From Terriglobia bacterium (GTDB lineage Bacteria; Acidobacteriota; Terriglobia; JAJPHL01), in contig JAJPHL010000075.1 in assembly GCA_021325275.1 (NCBI GenBank), positions 16,310 to 80,309 on the forward strand: DNA of 64,000 nt. Reading direction: 5' to 3'. The first letter of the stretch is position 1, and each line of letters starts with the position of its first letter. Positions 25,884 through 35,244 of this stretch are shown piece by piece. Under the pieces are notes generated by a model that did no database searches, had not been told where the DNA came from, and was given only the letters and a program-made list of their open reading frames with translations. The position numbers and the translations under genes were made by a program.

Positions 25884-27880
25884 AGCATTGTTTGATCGCG
25901 GCGATTCTCATGGCTGCTTTCGCCGGCGCGCAAACGAAAAACCTCGCGGTGATTTCGAACTTGATGCCGGTGCCGGCTTCGGTGAAATTCCACGAAGGCC
26001 GGCTGCCGGTGACGGAACATTTCAACGTTCACATTGACGGTTTCTCCGACGCTCGGCTGACGGGCGCGGTCGATCGCTTCACAAAACGCCTTGCGGCGCG
26101 CGCGCACGCGACGTTTGCTCCCGGGTCCGCGGTGACGATTACGATTCATTGCCACGGTCCAGGTCAAGCGGTCCAGGGCGTCGAGGAAGACGAATCGTAC
26201 TCGCTGGAAGTGGGACCGCAGGGCGCGAAGTTGCATGCGCCGACGGTTGCCGGCGTGATCCGCGGACTCGAAACGCTTCTGCAACTCGGGCGCGCGCAAG
26301 GAAAAACGTATTTCTTCCAAGCCGCCGCCATCGACGATCATCCGCGCTTCGCCTGGCGCGGATTGCTGATCGACGTTTGCCGCCACTGGGAGCCGGTCGA
26401 GGTCATCAAGCGCAATCTCGACGCCATGTCCGCGGCGAAGATGAACGTGTTCCACTGGCATCTCAGCGAAGACCAAGGCTTTCGTGTGGAGAGCAAGAAA
26501 TTTCCCAAGCTGCAAGGCATGGGATCGGACGGCAATTTCTACACGCAGGATCAGATTCGCGATGTTGTCGCCTACGCGCGCGATCGCGGCATTCGCGTGG
26601 TGCCTGAGTTCGACATGCCAGGACACGTCACGGCGTGGCTTGTGGGATATCCGGAAATGGCCGCCGCGCCGGGGCCATACGAAATCATCCGGAAGTTCGG
26701 TGTTTTCGATGGAACGTTCGATCCCACGCGCGACGAGGTCTACACATTCCTCGACGCGTTTCTCGGCGAGATGGCCGGCTTGTTTCCCGACGCGTACATG
26801 CATATCGGCGGCGACGAAAACAACGGCAAGCAGTGGTCGGCGAATCCCGCGATCGTGGAGTTTCGCAAGCAGCACAACCTGGCCGACAATCACGCGCTGC
26901 AAGCGTACTTCAATCGCCGATTGCTCGAGATTCTCACGCGTCACAACAAAAAGATGGTCGGATGGGATGAGATTTTCCATCCCGATTTGCCGAAGGACAT
27001 CGTGATCCAGTCGTGGCGCGGCGCGAAATCGCTCGGCGACAGCGCGCAGCAAGGGTACATGGGAATTCTTTCCGCCGGATATTACCTCGACCACATCGAT
27101 CCGGCGTCGGTGCACTACGCCGTCGATCCGCTGCCGCGCGATACCAAACTTAGCGCGGCGGACGCCGCGCACGTATTAGGCGGAGAAGCGTGCATGTGGG
27201 GCGAGCACGTGACGCCCGAGACGATTGATTCGCGCATTTGGCCGCGCACGGCGGCGATTGCGGAACGTTTGTGGTCGCCGCGCGAGGTGAACGACGCGGC
27301 GGACATGTATCGCCGTATGGATGCGTTCTCGGAATCGCTGGACGAATTCGGTTTGACGCATCGCAGCAGCCGCGACGCGATGTTGCGCCGGCTCGCGGGA
27401 TCCGATGACATCGCCGCGCTACGCACGCTGGTCGACACGCTAAAGCCCGTGAATTTCGGAAGGCGCTCACGCACGCCGATTACGCAGCAAACGCCGCTCG
27501 AAGGACTCGTTGATGCGACACCGCCCGATAGTCCCGAAGGTCGCGCGATGGCCGCGCTCATCGAAGGGGGCCGTGCGCAGAACGCAAAGTTAGTCGCGCT
27601 CTTCAAGAAATGGCAGGCCGACGGCGCGAAACTCGCCGCGCTGTGCCAGGAAAAACCGGCGCTCGCTGACGCCGCGCCGCTGGCCGCGGAATTAGGCGAA
27701 ATGGGACGCGTCGGACAAGGCGCGCTGAAGATTCTAGGCGGCGGGGCGGCGCCCGCCGGGTGGAAGGCGCAAGCGACTGCGTTGCTTGATCGCTCGGCGC
27801 AGCCGCACGCGCTCGTGGAATTCACGGTCGTGAAACCGATGCGCGATTTGGTCGCGAAGGCTTCGTCAAAGAAAAGGTAG
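25880..27880 (+). CDS. Secreted GH20 beta-N-acetylhexosaminidase with a C-terminal extension
   Basis: 666 aa. Signal peptide [21 protein letters not shown]20 motifs [22 protein letters not shown], catalytic D-E in HIGGDENNG, and W.....GGEACMWGE. The ATG overlaps the ftsZ TGA (caATGAag, 25880-25883). Confidence 0.9.
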   Translation: MKHCLIAAILMAAFAGAQTKNLAVISNLMPVPASVKFHEGRLPVTEHFNVHIDGFSDARLTGAVDRFTKRLAARAHATFAPGSAVTITIHCHGPGQAVQGVEEDESYSLEVGPQGAKLHAPTVAGVIRGLETLLQLGRAQGKTYFFQAAAIDDHPRFAWRGLLIDVCRHWEPVEVIKRNLDAMSAAKMNVFHWHLSEDQGFRVESKKFPKLQGMGSDGNFYTQDQIRDVVAYARDRGIRVVPEFDMPGHVTAWLVGYPEMAAAPGPYEIIRKFGVFDGTFDPTRDEVYTFLDAFLGEMAGLFPDAYMHIGGDENNGKQWSANPAIVEFRKQHNLADNHALQAYFNRRLLEILTRHNKKMVGWDEIFHPDLPKDIVIQSWRGAKSLGDSAQQGYMGILSAGYYLDHIDPASVHYAVDPLPRDTKLSAADAAHVLGGEACMWGEHVTPETIDSRIWPRTAAIAERLWSPREVNDAADMYRRMDAFSESLDEFGLTHRSSRDAMLRRLAGSDDIAALRTLVDTLKPVNFGRRSRTPITQQTPLEGLVDATPPDSPEGRAMAALIEGGRAQNAKLVALFKKWQADGAKLAALCQEKPALADAAPLAAELGEMGRVGQGALKILGGGAAPAGWKAQATALLDRSAQPHALVEFTVVKPMRDLVAKASSKKR

Positions 27881-27881
27881 T

Positions 27882-27972
27882 TTCAACACAGAGGGCACAG
27901 AGAACACAGAGACCACGGAGAAGAAAAGGTTTTCTCTGTGCTCTCTGTGTTATCCGTGCCCTCTGTGTTGAA
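27882..27972. repeat. 91-nt near-perfect palindrome made of ACACAGAG units ('empty' relative of the 18373-18814 cassette); may also act as a bidirectional terminator
   Basis: ttcaacacagagggcacagagaacacagagaccacggagaagaaaagg | ttttctctgtgctctctgtgttatccgtgccctctgtgttgaa. I paired it position by position: a 17-bp perfect outer stem and about 38 of 45 positions pairing overall. It lies between convergent genes (stops at 27880 and 27984). Confidence 0.85.
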
Positions 27973-27983
27973 TGTGATTGTTT

Positions 27984-29597
27984 TTACCGCGGAATCCACT
28001 GCGGAAAAACGAACGCATAAAGCATCACCAGCACTGCGACCAAAACCGCCAGCGCGATGCTGTGCTTGATCACCGCGCGGAAGATCGCTGCTTCGTTGCC
28101 GTCTTGCTCCGTCGCGGCGCTGGCGACGACAATCGACTGCGCGTCGATCATTTTTCCCATCACGCCGCCGGCGGAATTCGCAGCACACATCAAGATCGGA
28201 CTCAAACCAAGCTGCTCTGCCGTAACCTTCTGCAAATTACCGAACAGCGCGTTCGATCCCGCGTCGGTTCCGGTGAGTGCCACACCAAGCCATCCGAGCA
28301 GCGTGCCGAAAAAAGGGTACGCGAGACCGGTGCGGGTGAGACTTAAACCGAGAACCGTGTCCATGCCGGAGTAGCGCGTGACGAACGCCAGCGCCAGCAT
28401 GAACGTGATCGCCGCGAGCGACGGCCCGAGTTGCCGCAGCGTTCGCGCGAAGATCTTGGCAAGCCGGCCGGGCGACAATCCAAGAAGCAGGCCGGCAACG
28501 GTTGCGGCAATCAGGATCGCGGTGCCCGCCAGCGCGAGAAAATTCAGATCCGCGATGGCCGGTTCCGGCGTGGGGCGCGGCGCGACCGGCGGAACGCGCA
28601 TCACCAAGTTGTGCAGAGCCGGCATCGGTATTTTCAGGGCGTCAAACGTGAGATGTCGCGTGAGCCCCGGCAGGCTCACGGCGAGAATCCCGAGCGACGC
28701 GAAGAGGAACGGCGACCATCCTTTAAGTACCGCGATGGCGCCATGCCGCGCGCCGCCTACCGGGCGCTGGGAGCCGGGCACGCGCCACACTTTCAAAAAC
28801 GCGACCATCGCCAGCAACGAAAACAAGGCCGCGACGATGTCCACCAGTCCGTTCTCCTGGAAATTCGACCAATAGAATTGCATTGCCGCAAACGATGCGC
28901 CGCTCACCGCGAGCGCGGGCCAAACTTCGCGCGTTTCCTTCCAACTGGTCATGCTGCGCACGAGCCACAGCGGGAGAATCGCGGAGATCGGCGGCAGCAA
29001 CCGGCCGATCATCGCGCCGAGCGCGGGCTCCGGCAATCCCGTGACACCGCCGAGCGCGTGAATCGGATTTCCCGCCGATCCCCACGCGACCGGCGCGGTG
29101 TTCGCAAGCAAGCAAAGCGTCGCCGCTTGAAACGGCGGAAATCCCAAGCCGATAAGAAACGACCCCGCGATGGCCACGGGCGCACCGCCGCCGCCTGTGC
29201 CTTCGAGAAACGCGCCGAAGCAAAACGCAATGAGAATCACTTGCAGGCGGCGATCCGATGACAGCGCGGCGATCGATTCCTTCATCACTTGGAATTGCCC
29301 GCTGTCGACGGCGACGTGGTAGAGAAATATCGAGGCCACGATCACCCACGCGATCCGCAGAAACCCGAAGATGGCGCCAAGCGCGCACGCCGCGGCGGCC
29401 ATCTGCGCGGGCAAGTGGAACACGGCGAGCGCCAACGTCAGCGCGACCGCAAATCCCGAGAACGCGGCGATCCAGACGCGTTGGCGAAGAATCACCAGAA
29501 CGAAAAAAAGCGTGAGTACGGGAAGGGAAGAGACCAGCGTGGAGAGCGGCCACGCACCCAATGGATCGTAATTTTGCGCCCACGGCATGGCGATCAT
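27984..29597 (-). CDS. lctP: L-lactate permease family transporter (LctP/LldP)
   Basis: 537 aa. Polytopic. N-terminus MPWAQNYDPLGAWPLSTLVSSLPVLTLFFVL is typical of the lactate permease family. Confidence 0.85.
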   Translation of the reverse strand: MIAMPWAQNYDPLGAWPLSTLVSSLPVLTLFFVLVILRQRVWIAAFSGFAVALTLALAVFHLPAQMAAAACALGAIFGFLRIAWVIVASIFLYHVAVDSGQFQVMKESIAALSSDRRLQVILIAFCFGAFLEGTGGGGAPVAIAGSFLIGLGFPPFQAATLCLLANTAPVAWGSAGNPIHALGGVTGLPEPALGAMIGRLLPPISAILPLWLVRSMTSWKETREVWPALAVSGASFAAMQFYWSNFQENGLVDIVAALFSLLAMVAFLKVWRVPGSQRPVGGARHGAIAVLKGWSPFLFASLGILAVSLPGLTRHLTFDALKIPMPALHNLVMRVPPVAPRPTPEPAIADLNFLALAGTAILIAATVAGLLLGLSPGRLAKIFARTLRQLGPSLAAITFMLALAFVTRYSGMDTVLGLSLTRTGLAYPFFGTLLGWLGVALTGTDAGSNALFGNLQKVTAEQLGLSPILMCAANSAGGVMGKMIDAQSIVVASAATEQDGNEAAIFRAVIKHSIALAVLVAVLVMLYAFVFPQWIPR

Positions 29598-32050
29598 TCC
29601 GAGCGCAGCGAGATCATCGGGTCGACCCGCGCCGCGCGCCGCGCCGGAATGTAGCTGGCCGCGAACGCCACGCCGGCGAGCAGCAGCGTAACCGCCACGA
29701 ACGTGACGCCGTCGGTCGGCGCGACGCCGAAGAGCAAGCCGCGCACCACGCGCGACAATGCCAGCGCACCGGCCAGGCCCGCGGCGATGCCGGCGGTGGT
29801 CACCGCAGCGCCTTGCCGCACCACAAATCCTAGGATGGCTCGCGGTGTCGCGCCAATCGCCATGCGAATCCCGATCTCACGCTCCGTCTGCGACACCATG
29901 TACGACATCACGCCGTATGTTCCAATCATGGCGAGCACCAACGCGAGCGACGCCGAGAGTCCGAGCAGCGTCATGGTGAAGCGCCGCCGCGCCAGCGACG
30001 TTTCCAGACGATGGTCGAGCGTCTGAATGTTATAAATCGGAGCCTCCACGCCCATGTCGCGGATCGCTTTCTTCACGGCGGTTGCCAGCGTGGCGGGGTC
30101 GGTTGTGCTGCGGATGACGATGGAGCGCGCGCCGCGGTACTGCGATTGCGGAAAGTACATCGCTAAGTGAGTATCGCCGTCGAGACCGTATTGCTTCACG
30201 TCGCCGACAACGCCGACCACGGTATCCCACGGCGCGGTGGAGTCGGCGCGGCCGCCGCGCGTGCGTTTGCCGATGGGATCTTGATTCGGCCACAGCAGCG
30301 CGGCGGTATGCTCGTCGACCAAGCAGACGCGCTGGCTGTCTTTCGTATCGTGCTCGTTGAAGAGGCGTCCTCGACGGAGCGGGATCTGCATGGTTTCGAG
30401 ATAGCGTCCGTTGATGATGCGGATATCCACGATGAGAAAATTTTCGCCCGGCGGCGGGATGCGTCCTTCCACGGTACGCGGTCCCCACGAAAGCAAGTTG
30501 CTGAAAGGGAGCGCGGTCACGCCGCCCGACATTGTCACGCCCGGTAGGGCGTCAAGATGCGGCCAAAGGTCGTGGTTGAAATCTCCGCCCGGATAACTCA
30601 CGTTGGCGAGATCGAACGACAGCACGTTGTGTGGATTGAATCCCGGCGAAACGCTTTGCAGCCGCGAAAAACTGCGGATCAGCAATCCCGCACCGACCAG
30701 AAGCATGAACGAAAGCGCGACTTCCGCTGCCACCAGCAGGCGGCGCAGACGGTTGCGTCCGCCTGCCACACTGCGTCCCGACTCCTTCAAGTTGGTTTGC
30801 AGGTCGAGGCGCGCCAATCGCCACGCGGGCGCGAGGCCAAACAGCAGGCCCGAGGCAATCGAGATGGCCGCGGTGAACGCCAGCACGCGTCCGTCGATCG
30901 TGATTTCGGCGAGGCGCGGCACACTCGCGGGGCTCATCAGGAAAATCAGTTTGAGCCCGGCGACAGCGAAGAGCACGCCGAGTACGCCTCCGGTAGCCGA
31001 GAGTGACAGGCTCTCTGTCAGCAATTGACGGACGATGCGCGCGCGATTCGCGCCCAGCGCCGCGCGGATGGCGATTTCTCGCTGCCGCGCTACGGCGCGC
31101 GAAAGCAGGAGGTTGGCAACGTTGGCGCACGCGATCAACAGCACGAAAGCCACCGAGGCCAGCAAGATCCACAGACCGAGGCGAACGTCGCCGACAACTT
31201 GATCGAGAAGCGGTACGACCACGAACGTCAGGGCGCTATTCTGCGGATAGAACTCAGGATGGTCGCGCATCAGGCTAGCGGTCAGCGTATTCATCGCACT
31301 TTGCGCCAGCGCGGCATCAACGCCGGGCGCGAGAGTGGCAATGATGTTGTAGTCCTCCCCGGTGCGAACGCCCGGCGCGGCGGCGGACGAAGGGAGACTC
31401 ACCAAAATGTCCGGTTGGTCCGCGCCGCCGTAGAGTACCGGCAGCACTTCTTGCGGCAGCGTGAATGTGCCGGGCATCGCGCCTACGATGACAAACGTCT
31501 TCGAGTTCAACGTGAGCGTTTTTCCAATCACGTTCGGATCGAGAGCGAAGCGGCGCGCCCAAAATCCATGGGAGAGAATCACCACCGGCGAAGCGCCGGG
31601 CGCGTCGTCCTCGGCCAGAAACAAGCGTCCGCGCGCGGGAGTTCCGCCAAGCATCGGCAAAAGTCCGGACGACATGCGGACCGCCGCGATGCGTTCCGGT
31701 TCTCCCACGCCGGTCCAGTTGTATTGCGCGCCGATGGCCATGGCCATCTGGTCGAACACGCGGCTTTGGGATTCCACCTGCGATTTCACATCGAAATACT
31801 GTGCGGTGGAAAACCAATCGCGCTGGACATTCAATCCCGGCGAGCTGTTCCAGAGCAGGACGAGGCGGTCGGCGTTCTTGTATGGCAGCGGGCGAAGCAG
31901 CAGGGCATTCGCTACGCTGAAGATCGCGGTGTTCGCGCCGATGCCGATGGCCAGCGACAAGATGGCTGTGGTCGCAAGGCCCGCGTGATGGCGAAACGAT
32001 CGGAAGGCATAGGCGAGATCCCCGCCCAACTGGCGTTCTAGCAGAGCCAT
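29594..32050 (-). CDS. ADOP-family duplicated ABC-type permease (MacB/FtsX-like), no adjacent ATPase
   Basis: Preferred start ATG 32050 (MALLERQLGGDLAYAFRSFRHHAGLATTAILSLAIGIGANTAIFSVANALLLRPLPY). Two MacB_PCD/FtsX halves. The stop overlaps the lctP start (ATGA at 29597-29594). Confidence 0.88.
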   Translation of the reverse strand: MALLERQLGGDLAYAFRSFRHHAGLATTAILSLAIGIGANTAIFSVANALLLRPLPYKNADRLVLLWNSSPGLNVQRDWFSTAQYFDVKSQVESQSRVFDQMAMAIGAQYNWTGVGEPERIAAVRMSSGLLPMLGGTPARGRLFLAEDDAPGASPVVILSHGFWARRFALDPNVIGKTLTLNSKTFVIVGAMPGTFTLPQEVLPVLYGGADQPDILVSLPSSAAAPGVRTGEDYNIIATLAPGVDAALAQSAMNTLTASLMRDHPEFYPQNSALTFVVVPLLDQVVGDVRLGLWILLASVAFVLLIACANVANLLLSRAVARQREIAIRAALGANRARIVRQLLTESLSLSATGGVLGVLFAVAGLKLIFLMSPASVPRLAEITIDGRVLAFTAAISIASGLLFGLAPAWRLARLDLQTNLKESGRSVAGGRNRLRRLLVAAEVALSFMLLVGAGLLIRSFSRLQSVSPGFNPHNVLSFDLANVSYPGGDFNHDLWPHLDALPGVTMSGGVTALPFSNLLSWGPRTVEGRIPPPGENFLIVDIRIINGRYLETMQIPLRRGRLFNEHDTKDSQRVCLVDEHTAALLWPNQDPIGKRTRGGRADSTAPWDTVVGVVGDVKQYGLDGDTHLAMYFPQSQYRGARSIVIRSTTDPATLATAVKKAIRDMGVEAPIYNIQTLDHRLETSLARRRFTMTLLGLSASLALVLAMIGTYGVMSYMVSQTEREIGIRMAIGATPRAILGFVVRQGAAVTTAGIAAGLAGALALSRVVRGLLFGVAPTDGVTFVAVTLLLAGVAFAASYIPARRAARVDPMISLRSE

Positions 32051-32072
32051 GCGGCATTGTAGCGCAACAACG

Positions 32073-32078
32073 TATAAT
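32073..32078 (+). promoter_or_regulatory. Consensus -10 hexamer TATAAT, 6 nt upstream of GTG 32085 (possible leaderless transcript)
   Basis: cgTATAATgctcggGTGaaa. No convincing -35 at 17 nt. Confidence 0.3.
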
Positions 32079-32084
32079 GCTCGG

Positions 32085-34076
32085 GTGAAATCTCGTATCC
32101 TCATTGCAACTCTGGCGCTGCTCGCTACCGTCGCGGACGCGCGCATTGTCAAACTCGTTGTCGAGAGCACGGAGTCGCCCGCGTTCAAGGGACAAGCCTT
32201 CGGCGCGGCGGGACAATACGAAACTTTGCGCGGACATTTCTACGGCGAACTCGACCCTCGCGATCCGCACAACGTGATCATCACCGATCTCGCGCTGGCT
32301 CCGCGCAACGCCCGCGGCATGGTGGAGTATTCGGGAACGTTCGCGATCTCGCGGCCCGTCGATATGTCGAAGTCGAGCGGCGTGCTGATGTATCACGTAG
32401 TGAATCGCGGTCGCGGCGACGTCGCAGGATCGGCCGACGGCCACATCAGCGTGGTCAGCGGATGGCAAGGCGATTTGCTCGGCGAAGGATTGCAAACGAT
32501 CACGGTGCCGGCGGCGCATCTCGCCAACGGGGCGTCGATCACCGGGCCGGTGATCGAGCGCTTGATCAACTCGCCCGCCGGCGCGACGACGCTGGCGCTG
32601 AACTCGGCGCCGTACGTCGCGCTGACGTATCAACGGCCGGCAACCCTTGATATGTCCGCGGCGTCGCTGATGCGCCGGCCGTCTCAGCCGGCGCCGCAGG
32701 TGGCGGTGCCTTCCAGTGAGTGGGCATTTGCCGATTGCTCGACGACACCGTTTCCCGGTACGCCCGACGCGACGAAGATTTGCGTGAAAGGCGGCTTCGA
32801 TCCGGCGTCGGAGTATGTGGTGCGCTATACGGCCAAAGATCCGCTGGTGCTGGGCATCGGTTTCGCTGCGACGCGCGACCTGAATTCGTTCCTGCGCTTC
32901 GCCGCGAAGGACGATCCGGGCACGCCGAATCCGCTAGCCGGAGAAATCAAGTGGGTGATCAGCGAAGGTGCGTCGCAATCGGGGAATTTCATACGCACGT
33001 TCATTCATCTCGGCTTCAATCAGGACGAATCCGGAAAAACCGTTTGGGATGGCGCGAATCCGCACGTCGCGGCGCGACTCTTAGCGATGAATTTGCGTTT
33101 CGCCGTGGCCAGCGGTGCGGCGGGAGTGAACGAGCCGGGCAGCGAGGGCGTCTTGTGGTGGGGCACGTACGAAGATCGCGCCCGGCATCGTCCGGCGGCG
33201 AGTTTGCTCGATCGCTGCATGGTCACAAAAACGTGTCCGAAGATCTTCGACACCTTCGGCGCTCTGGAAATGTGGTATCTGCGCGAGTCGCCGGATTTGG
33301 TCGGGACGGATGCGAAGCGCGACATCCCGCTGCCGCCGAATGTCCGGCGCTATTTTTTCCCCGGTACTTCGCACGGCGGCGGTCCCGGCGGATTCAGCGC
33401 GGCGACACCCGCGCCGCCACGCGGATGCACGCTGCCGGCGAATCCCAATCCCGAGAGCGACACAATGCGCGCGCTCAACGCAGCGCTCGTCGATTGGGTC
33501 ACGAAAGGAACTGCGCCGCCGCCGAGCCGTTATCCCACACTCGCGGAAGGCCAACTCGCGCCCGCGACGCGCGCCGGAACCGGAATGCCGGCGATTCCCG
33601 GATTGCCGAATGTCGACGGCCTCGTGAATCTTGTTTACGACTACGATTACGGCCCCGAATTCAAAGGCGCCGATTTGTCCGGCGTGATTTCCATTGAGCC
33701 TCCCGCGATTCGCGGCACGCTTCCCACGCTGGTCCCCAAAGTCGACGCCGATGGTAATGATCTGGGCGGCGTTCCGTCGGTGTTGCGGCAAGTTCCGCTT
33801 GGAACGTATCTCGGTTGGAATGTTACGGCGTCGGGATTCGATCAGGGACGCATCTGCACGCTGAGCGGCGGCTACATTCCGTTCGCCAAGACGAAAGCGG
33901 AACGCGTCGCGGCCGGCGATCCGCGGCCGTCGCTCGAAGAACGATACAAAACGTACGAAGCGTACGTGGCCGCTGTGAGAGCGGCTGCGGAAAAAGCTGT
34001 GAGGGAGCGTTTCCTGCTGCCGCGTGACGCCGACCGTTTGATCGCCGCGGCGTCGGCGAGTGATGTGTTGAAGTAG
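32085..34076 (+). CDS. Secreted alpha/beta-hydrolase-domain protein of unknown specificity
   Basis: GTG 32085 gives an ideal signal peptide, (M)KSRILIATLALLATVADA. The track start ATG 32049 is the alternative. Nucleophile-elbow-like GASQSGNF. Resembles the large 'alpha/beta hydrolase domain' hypothetical family. Confidence 0.75.
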   Translation: MKSRILIATLALLATVADARIVKLVVESTESPAFKGQAFGAAGQYETLRGHFYGELDPRDPHNVIITDLALAPRNARGMVEYSGTFAISRPVDMSKSSGVLMYHVVNRGRGDVAGSADGHISVVSGWQGDLLGEGLQTITVPAAHLANGASITGPVIERLINSPAGATTLALNSAPYVALTYQRPATLDMSAASLMRRPSQPAPQVAVPSSEWAFADCSTTPFPGTPDATKICVKGGFDPASEYVVRYTAKDPLVLGIGFAATRDLNSFLRFAAKDDPGTPNPLAGEIKWVISEGASQSGNFIRTFIHLGFNQDESGKTVWDGANPHVAARLLAMNLRFAVASGAAGVNEPGSEGVLWWGTYEDRARHRPAASLLDRCMVTKTCPKIFDTFGALEMWYLRESPDLVGTDAKRDIPLPPNVRRYFFPGTSHGGGPGGFSAATPAPPRGCTLPANPNPESDTMRALNAALVDWVTKGTAPPPSRYPTLAEGQLAPATRAGTGMPAIPGLPNVDGLVNLVYDYDYGPEFKGADLSGVISIEPPAIRGTLPTLVPKVDADGNDLGGVPSVLRQVPLGTYLGWNVTASGFDQGRICTLSGGYIPFAKTKAERVAAGDPRPSLEERYKTYEAYVAAVRAAAEKAVRERFLLPRDADRLIAAASASDVLK

Positions 34077-34115
34077 GGCGCGTAGGGCGTCCTTCAGAAT
34101 TTCGGCGCCGTCGCG

Positions 34116-35198
34116 CTACTGATACATCGGCGGAAAATATCCAGGACGCGCGCGCAACTTCAACCCGGGCACGTCCATTTCCACGCGGATCTTGCGGAAT
34201 CTGCCGTCGATCGAGAGACTCGGCGGAACGTAGCGCAACGTGTACTGCATCTGCAATTCGCGCTGGATCAGGCTGAGCGCCTGCGCCAGATTCTCGGCGG
34301 TTTCGCTGGAATACTGGCCGCTGCCGACTTCATACACGGAATTCTGGCCGTCGATTTGGTGTTTCGAAAGATAGCCCGTGGCGTAATCGGCGGACGGCGG
34401 CTTTTTCCACGGATACACCACGCGACCGCCGGTTTCAGTGGCCAACCGTTGCAGCACTTTTTCGCCGTCGCCGTTGTATCCGTACGGCACCGTGGCGATG
34501 GAATAGACCGCCACGCTGGCGGCGCGCGCGGCGGCGATCGCTTCGTCGAGCGAATACTTGCTGGAATCGTCCTCGCCGTCGGTGATCAGCACGGCCACGC
34601 GATTCAGTCCGCCCGCTTCCATTTGTTTGCCCAGGCGCTCGCGGCACGCCACAACAATGGCGTCGTGCAGCGCGGTTCCGCCTCCGGCTTTCAGCTTGCG
34701 AACTTTCGACGTCAGCGTGTCGGCGTCGTTTGAAAAGTCGGTGAGGAATTCCTTAGTGAAATCGAAGCTCATCAGGAAAATGCGATTCTTGCTGTTCGCT
34801 TCCACGATGTTGTGAATGAAATCGTTCGCCGCCTCCTGCTGCTGCTTGAAATACAGGCGCACGCTGTTGCTGGTGTCGATCAGCAGACCCACGCGCAGAG
34901 GGACTTTCGTGAGCGACGAAAAGTAGGTGACGTCCACCTTTTGATTATCTTCGTAGACGGTGAAGTTTTCCTTCTTCAGGTCCGTCACCATGCGATCGTT
35001 CAGGTCGAGCACGGTGAACGGCACGTTCACTTCGGTTCGTCCCGAGGTGAAGGTGGGTTGCTCCTCGGGCTTGTTCGCCGGTTTGTCCTGCGGAGCTGCC
35101 GGCTTCACCTCCGCCGGTTTTTGTTGCGGCGGCGTTGCCGGCTGCTGTTGCTGGCGCAGCACCAATGCCATCACCAATGCGAAAGCCCAAGGCATCAT
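34116..35198 (-). CDS. Secreted VWA-domain protein (acidobacterial VWFA-related family)
   Basis: Start at ATG 35198 (MMPWAFALVMALVLRQQQQP...). P/Q/K-rich linker. VWA MIDAS motif in GLLIDTSNSV (DxSxS). GGTALHDAI, LITDGEDDSS. Confidence 0.85.
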   Translation of the reverse strand: MMPWAFALVMALVLRQQQQPATPPQQKPAEVKPAAPQDKPANKPEEQPTFTSGRTEVNVPFTVLDLNDRMVTDLKKENFTVYEDNQKVDVTYFSSLTKVPLRVGLLIDTSNSVRLYFKQQQEAANDFIHNIVEANSKNRIFLMSFDFTKEFLTDFSNDADTLTSKVRKLKAGGGTALHDAIVVACRERLGKQMEAGGLNRVAVLITDGEDDSSKYSLDEAIAAARAASVAVYSIATVPYGYNGDGEKVLQRLATETGGRVVYPWKKPPSADYATGYLSKHQIDGQNSVYEVGSGQYSSETAENLAQALSLIQRELQMQYTLRYVPPSLSIDGRFRKIRVEMDVPGLKLRARPGYFPPMYQ

Positions 35199-35244
35199 AT
35201 GGGACCATTCTAACAGACTCCACCTTCGGCTATGATGACTGCAT

